The position numbers were made by a program, and so were the translations under genes. The notes below the pieces were generated by a model, which ran no database searches, was not told the origin of the DNA, and saw nothing but the letters and a program-made list of their open reading frames with translations. A DNA stretch of 27,573 nt from assembly GCA_019358915.1 (NCBI GenBank), contig JAHHIM010000048.1, forward strand, positions 1-27,573, written 5' to 3'. This DNA comes from Trichormus sp. ATA11-4-KO1 (lineage in GTDB: Bacteria > Cyanobacteriota > Cyanobacteriia > Cyanobacteriales > Nostocaceae). Below, piece by piece: positions 23,120 to 27,573 of this stretch; the first letter of the stretch is position 1; every line of letters begins with the position of its first letter.

Positions 23120-23932
23120 ATGCAAATTCGATTAGCTGTCATCAGCAATGCCGGGGGCAGTGGTAAAACTACGCTTTCGGTTCACTTGGCTTATGAATTA
23201 GCAAAACGCAAATATGATGTAGTACTACTAGACCTCGATCCACAAGGTTCATTAACGCTATTTTGTGGATTAGAACCGCCAGAACCTGAACAAACTTTAG
23301 CAGCAATTCTTAAAGAAGATTTTAATGGTGATTGGCCACTTACCCCTTGTTGGAGCGAACATACTAATAAAGTTACAGTCTGTCAAGGTGGAATGATACT
23401 GACTCAAACAGCAGATGAATTGGTGTTGCACAAACGAGGAGCTTACCTTTTATGTGACTGCTTAACTGATTACCCACTTGAGCATGATCTAGTTATATTT
23501 GACTGCCCAGCCACTCTTGGCCCTTTACCTTTAATGGCTCTGGCGGCTTGTACCCATATAGTTATTCCTGTGCAGTTGGAACCAAAATCAATTCAAGGAG
23601 CAGCTCATTTATTGGAATGGTACTATTACCATTCCAAGCACTTACGTTTAAAACCTACTCCAGAAATTTTAGGATTTGTACCCAATCAATATGATGCTCG
23701 ACGCAGTACTCATCGACAGATGCTTACTTCGTTACCAATTCAGTTAGAACAGATGAATATTCGTGCATTTAGTGCCATCCGAGACAGCGCAGAATTTGTG
23801 AATGCTAGTGGTCAAGGATTACCATTACATCTTTATCGTCCCAGCCATCCTGGAAAGGATGACTTTAAAGATATTACTTCTGAGCTTATAACTTTAATTG
23901 GAAAACCTAAAAAAAGCAAAAAATCAAAATAG
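23120..23932 (+). CDS. parA: ParA family partition ATPase
   Basis: Walker A variant NAGGSGKTT, DLDPQGSL, IFDCPATLG, IRDSAEFVNA. Confidence 0.93.
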   Translation: MQIRLAVISNAGGSGKTTLSVHLAYELAKRKYDVVLLDLDPQGSLTLFCGLEPPEPEQTLAAILKEDFNGDWPLTPCWSEHTNKVTVCQGGMILTQTADELVLHKRGAYLLCDCLTDYPLEHDLVIFDCPATLGPLPLMALAACTHIVIPVQLEPKSIQGAAHLLEWYYYHSKHLRLKPTPEILGFVPNQYDARRSTHRQMLTSLPIQLEQMNIRAFSAIRDSAEFVNASGQGLPLHLYRPSHPGKDDFKDITSELITLIGKPKKSKKSK

Positions 23933-23934
23933 AT

Positions 23935-25077
23935 ATGCCTGCTCGTAAAGCTCCTGACCTTAACAATTATTTTTCTAGTGCCAAGCAATCTCAATATTTA
24001 TCTGAAGCAGAAAAAGAGATCCAAAGATTAAAACTGGAGATTGAAGAACTTCGTAACAACAACTCCGGGGAATTGGAAGCACAATTGAAAGAACTGCGAG
24101 GACAACTTCAATTAAACTCAGGTGTAATTGAAGTTCCCCTTGAACGAATCGAGGCAAATCCAGAACAACCTAGACAAACTTTTTTAAAAGAAAGTATCGA
24201 ATCAATGTCCCATTCTTTGGCTAGAGAAGGACAGTTACAACCAATCATACTAATAACTCATAAAGAAAAATTTGTATTATTTGATGGAGAAAGACGTTGG
24301 CGTAGTGCTAAAACTTTAGGCTGGCAAACTTTGCAAGCCGTTATAATTCCAGAACCAGTTAATTTACATCGCAAAGCATTACTGACTTCTCTACACCGAG
24401 AAGACTTAAATCCTCTTGACAAAGCAGAGGCAATAATGCGGGAATTAGCAACAAGCACGGGATTAGATGTTCAAGATATTCCTCGTATTCTTTCAACAGT
24501 AGTACGACGTTTAAATGCACAAAAACGCATTAAATCAATTTTAGAATTGATAGCATCTGATTCTACAGAACAACAGCAAAAATTAGATTCTTTAAATTTG
24601 AGTGAATCAGAACGATCAGTTTTAAGCTTGCTATTGGACTTACAACTGAACCCTGCTTCTATTGATGCCAATGTTTTTCCAATACTATCTTTGGCAGAAG
24701 ATTTAAAAGTTGCTATTAGAGGTGGACTAAAAGGGGTTCATGCAATGGCACTACAGAAACTTTCAGCGAAGAATTTGGATTCAACTGAAGAAGAGGCTCA
24801 ATCAATTAGAGTGGAAATTACGCAAAAAGTGATTGCAGAAAAATTGTCTGTTATCGCTACACGAAAATTAGTAGCTGGAGTGATAGCATCTCGCACAGAA
24901 ACACCAACAATAATAAATACTGATACTAAATCAGTAATACAGGCATCTCGTACTCTGCAACAAATCTCTTTAGATTCATTTAAAAAAATTGAATCTTCTC
25001 AACTAATAGAATTTCAAGAGATTTTACGTCAAAAGTTAGCAGAGATTGAAGAAGCAATTAAACAAAAGTCAGACTGA
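23935..25077 (+). CDS. parB: ParB/RepB/Spo0J family partition protein
   Basis: IEANPEQPRQTF, GQLQPIIL, FDGERRWRSA (arginine patch), REDLNPLDKAEAI; starts 2 bp after the parA stop. Confidence 0.93.
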   Translation: MPARKAPDLNNYFSSAKQSQYLSEAEKEIQRLKLEIEELRNNNSGELEAQLKELRGQLQLNSGVIEVPLERIEANPEQPRQTFLKESIESMSHSLAREGQLQPIILITHKEKFVLFDGERRWRSAKTLGWQTLQAVIIPEPVNLHRKALLTSLHREDLNPLDKAEAIMRELATSTGLDVQDIPRILSTVVRRLNAQKRIKSILELIASDSTEQQQKLDSLNLSESERSVLSLLLDLQLNPASIDANVFPILSLAEDLKVAIRGGLKGVHAMALQKLSAKNLDSTEEEAQSIRVEITQKVIAEKLSVIATRKLVAGVIASRTETPTIINTDTKSVIQASRTLQQISLDSFKKIESSQLIEFQEILRQKLAEIEEAIKQKSD

Positions 25078-25162
25078 ATCCCAATACAGGGAAGGTGCTT
25101 TCGAGAACGGCGATTCCTTCTCCGTGGCAGCAATGATTGGTGAGAGATATTAACTTAAGATA

Positions 25163-25687
25163 ATGCAAAAGCTGAGATTTTTACCCTCTTTAATGACTGC
25201 ACTAACAGCGCTTACACTTTCCAGTTGCAGCAATATAATTACTGAACAGTATGAAGCCACAGCACTCACCACTTATGCTTGGCAAGTGGAATATGCTAAC
25301 AATCTGACAAATGAGCGATCACCACGTGTGGAAACCTTTGCTACGGCTTCCGCATTGAATCGAAATGGATTGAAACCACCAGGAGCAGTAATTGGTCCAG
25401 ATGACCGGGGGCTATGGTGGCCAACTTTGCCTCCGCGACCAAGTGTGGATGAGGTGGAAGGACGCAAAAGACTTCAAGAAGAGGTAGGCAAACCCGAATT
25501 GCAGAAAACTGTAAAATACCAAATGAGCTATGGGGTGGGTGAGCAAAAGAGAACGCTATCCACCAACTATGAAGTTTATCGACAGGTGGTAAAAGCGTAC
25601 CCGTCAAAGACTCCTTTACAATTGACTTTGGGTGTGAACGATAATTCGGTGGAGAAAGCCCAAAGAGTTGACAGCATCAATGAGTAG
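25163..25687 (+). CDS. Hypothetical lipoprotein
   Basis: Signal peptide MQKLRFLPSLMTALTALT followed by lipobox LSSC. Confidence 0.75.
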   Translation: MQKLRFLPSLMTALTALTLSSCSNIITEQYEATALTTYAWQVEYANNLTNERSPRVETFATASALNRNGLKPPGAVIGPDDRGLWWPTLPPRPSVDEVEGRKRLQEEVGKPELQKTVKYQMSYGVGEQKRTLSTNYEVYRQVVKAYPSKTPLQLTLGVNDNSVEKAQRVDSINE

Positions 25688-25736
25688 ATTTGTACCAATA
25701 GCATTAAGCCATCGCGTTTACCTGGTTTCCATCCGA

Positions 25737-26954
25737 TTAGCGGTGGACTGTTGACGAGCTAAGTGTTAATTCTTGGTGTTTAGTAGAATTAACCATTTTC
25801 ATCAAATGCTGATTTAGGTAACTCTGAGCAGAAATATACAAACTTTCCCAAATTTCTTGATTGCGGCAAATTTTCGTACCTACTGTATTACCTGCTAATT
25901 TTTCTGATACGAGATACTTCCGGTAATAATTCCCCCATAGATGTTGAAGAAAGTTTTCAGCAAACTCATTAAAAGGAATAATCCAGTTGTACTGCTCATC
26001 CAAGAACACCCGATAAGATGCAATGATGGGCAATGCTAAATCAGTGGGCGCGCCGAAGCCAAACGAGTACTTGCTATCGGGCAGCAGAGTATTTTTGCGC
26101 GTATCAATAGAGGCTAAGTCGTTTATCCCCTTTCTTCTGGGGTTACTGATATGCTCTTGAATAATTTCGTAGAGTCGTTGCTCAATCCACATAGCTTGCG
26201 AAAGTAGAGGAAGTAACTTTGCCAATCTTTCTCTCTCAGCATCTGTGATATGACTTGGCGTATTTGTACCCGTAGGATGCTTGGTTCTTTTGTTTCCGTC
26301 TGGGTTATACCGATTTCTATCCAGGCAATTAATCAACTTGAACAGGTGAGTCACATTACACTGGGCATTTCTAGGAGCGCCACTTTGGTTCTGGTAATAA
26401 GCAATGCGGAATTTCCTATCTTCTTTCCGTTCTAACTTGGCTAAGTATTGCTTAATAAAATCGTAATCACCCCTGGCATTGACTTTAGAGCGAGAGTCCA
26501 CAGGGGAAGAGGTATTAGAGGCCAGAGCGATATCTTTGGCTTCTGCTTCATTTAAACCAATATGAATGGTGACTTTAACTCTAGCAAGGCTGAGGTCATA
26601 GTTATAATTCCTGGCTTGCTCAAATGCTAAAACTGTGTGGCCTCCGTTGATAATGCCATCGCTGCCACCCTCAGAAGCTTCCAGTATCTCTAGTTCTAGT
26701 TCGGTTTTGTTTTTGTTGGGCTTAACTTTATTTGCACAGAGGACGATACCACTATGGCGCTCAAAGAATTTTTCGGGTTGAGTCGTCAACGAGTCAAAAA
26801 TTTGTCGGTACGTCGCACTTCTCTTGTTAGGTTCGCGGATGTTGGGTTCTAGGGGTAAATCAGTAGGGAATTTGTCAATGTGGGCATTAGCAATAATGCA
26901 ATTGGGATTGGCATTGAAATAGCTGTCTATTTTAATAATCCAGGTTTTAGGCAT
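25737..26954 (-). CDS. AIPR (abortive infection phage resistance) family protein
   Basis: ATG 26954 (MPKTW). PNIREPN...IFDSL...FFERHSGIVL...GIINGGHT...IALASNTSSPV is an AIPR/ParB-like nuclease-fold pattern. Confidence 0.8.
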   Translation of the reverse strand: MPKTWIIKIDSYFNANPNCIIANAHIDKFPTDLPLEPNIREPNKRSATYRQIFDSLTTQPEKFFERHSGIVLCANKVKPNKNKTELELEILEASEGGSDGIINGGHTVLAFEQARNYNYDLSLARVKVTIHIGLNEAEAKDIALASNTSSPVDSRSKVNARGDYDFIKQYLAKLERKEDRKFRIAYYQNQSGAPRNAQCNVTHLFKLINCLDRNRYNPDGNKRTKHPTGTNTPSHITDAERERLAKLLPLLSQAMWIEQRLYEIIQEHISNPRRKGINDLASIDTRKNTLLPDSKYSFGFGAPTDLALPIIASYRVFLDEQYNWIIPFNEFAENFLQHLWGNYYRKYLVSEKLAGNTVGTKICRNQEIWESLYISAQSYLNQHLMKMVNSTKHQELTLSSSTVHR

Positions 26955-27075
26955 AGTTATTTTTGGTAGAAGTAAAACTTTATAGTAACGCTTGGCCAAC
27001 AAAATCAATTTGATAGTACAATTGCTCTGGTAAATGTTGAACTCGTTCAAAAACAAGTACAAAACACACAATCAA

Positions 27076-27188
27076 GAATTCAGGAGTCAGGAGTCAGGAA
27101 CCAGAATTGGAAATAGAGTATTCTGAATTCTGAATTCAGACTCCTGTTCATCTTTATTTTGAATTTTGAATTTTGAATTTTGAATTGA
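27076..27188. repeat. Mixed heptamer repeat cluster (AGTCAGG, TTCTGAA, TTTTGAA)
   Basis: GAATTCAGGAGTCAGGAGTCAGG...TTCTGAATTCTGAATTCAGACTCCTG followed by about 4 TTTTGAA units. Confidence 0.85.
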
Positions 27189-27226
27189 TTCATCCTTTGG
27201 CTGACTGGCACAGAAATAATAGTATA

Positions 27227-27260
27227 GCGATAAGCCTGATGGCATGGCTCCGCTTACCGC
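27227..27260. repeat. HIP1-associated small dispersed repeat (family B)
   Basis: GCGATAAGCCTGATGGCATGGCTCCGCTTACCGC is a near-copy of the reverse complement of 3730-3764. Confidence 0.8.
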
Positions 27261-27451
27261 ACTAATCAAAACACACATTTGCAGCCAACTCATCATCACA
27301 TTGATGCTGAAAATATCACCATAGCTTTTATGAATATTGCCAATAAATTGCCGTGCATTGTAAACATCACCTGCTAAGATTGAAGACCTCTCCACAGTAC
27401 CTAGTCCAGGGAATTCGCACTGCTGAAATACATTTTTACCATAGCAGTCAA

Positions 27452-27573
27452 CCCCTTCGGGGAATTCAAAATTATTAATTCAAAATTCAAAATTGAAGAG
27501 ATTAATGGGGGCAAAACAATTCAAAATTATCAATTCAAAATTCAAAATTATCAAACAGAATTCAGGAGTCAGG
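27452..27573. repeat. CCCCTTCGGGG hairpin followed by AATTCAA and AGTCAGG heptamer cluster, running off the window
   Basis: cUUCGg-type mini-hairpin at 27452-27462. 27484-27551 matches 4130-4197 at 67/68 positions. Confidence 0.85.

Noticed and set aside
27087..27395. 102-aa minus-strand ORF as an intact gene
   Set aside because: A chimera of gene remnant, HIP1 element and heptamer repeats (IQNSKFKIQN); not credible as a functional CDS.
1..27573. tRNA, rRNA or known structured ncRNA genes
   Set aside because: None recognisable by eye; a tRNAscan-SE/Infernal search would be needed to exclude them formally.

Overview
This window looks like accessory, plasmid-type DNA from a filamentous cyanobacterium (Nostocales-like). 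The evidence is about 18 HIP1 octamers GCGATCGC counted by eye, heptamer/octamer short tandem repeats, and plasmid-type partition genes. From left to right it contains: the 3' part of a probable primase/replication gene and a partner gene; an unannotated ~240-bp relic of a Tn7-like transposon (right end plus tnsA 5' fragment) lying between two HIP1 sites; two convergent tyrosine recombinases; small regulators; a dead IS4 element; and a membrane-anchored 8-repeat WD40 protein. Next is a mostly minus-strand defence-like block: a DUF559/Vsr-like nuclease, an EVE-like remnant, type III-like res/mod with an Xre controller, an AbiTii fusion, a TRADD-N-associated 2TM protein and a NucS-like nuclease. 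The right end holds a decayed parA with its partner gene, a divergent intact parAB, a lipoprotein and an AIPR gene. The most striking hidden layer is HIP1-centred. Tiny 26-42-nt elements sit inside HIP1 sites, two of them in frame within one recombinase, and several gene truncations or module boundaries fall at HIP1 sites. Family assignments come from motif recognition only; no database searches were run.
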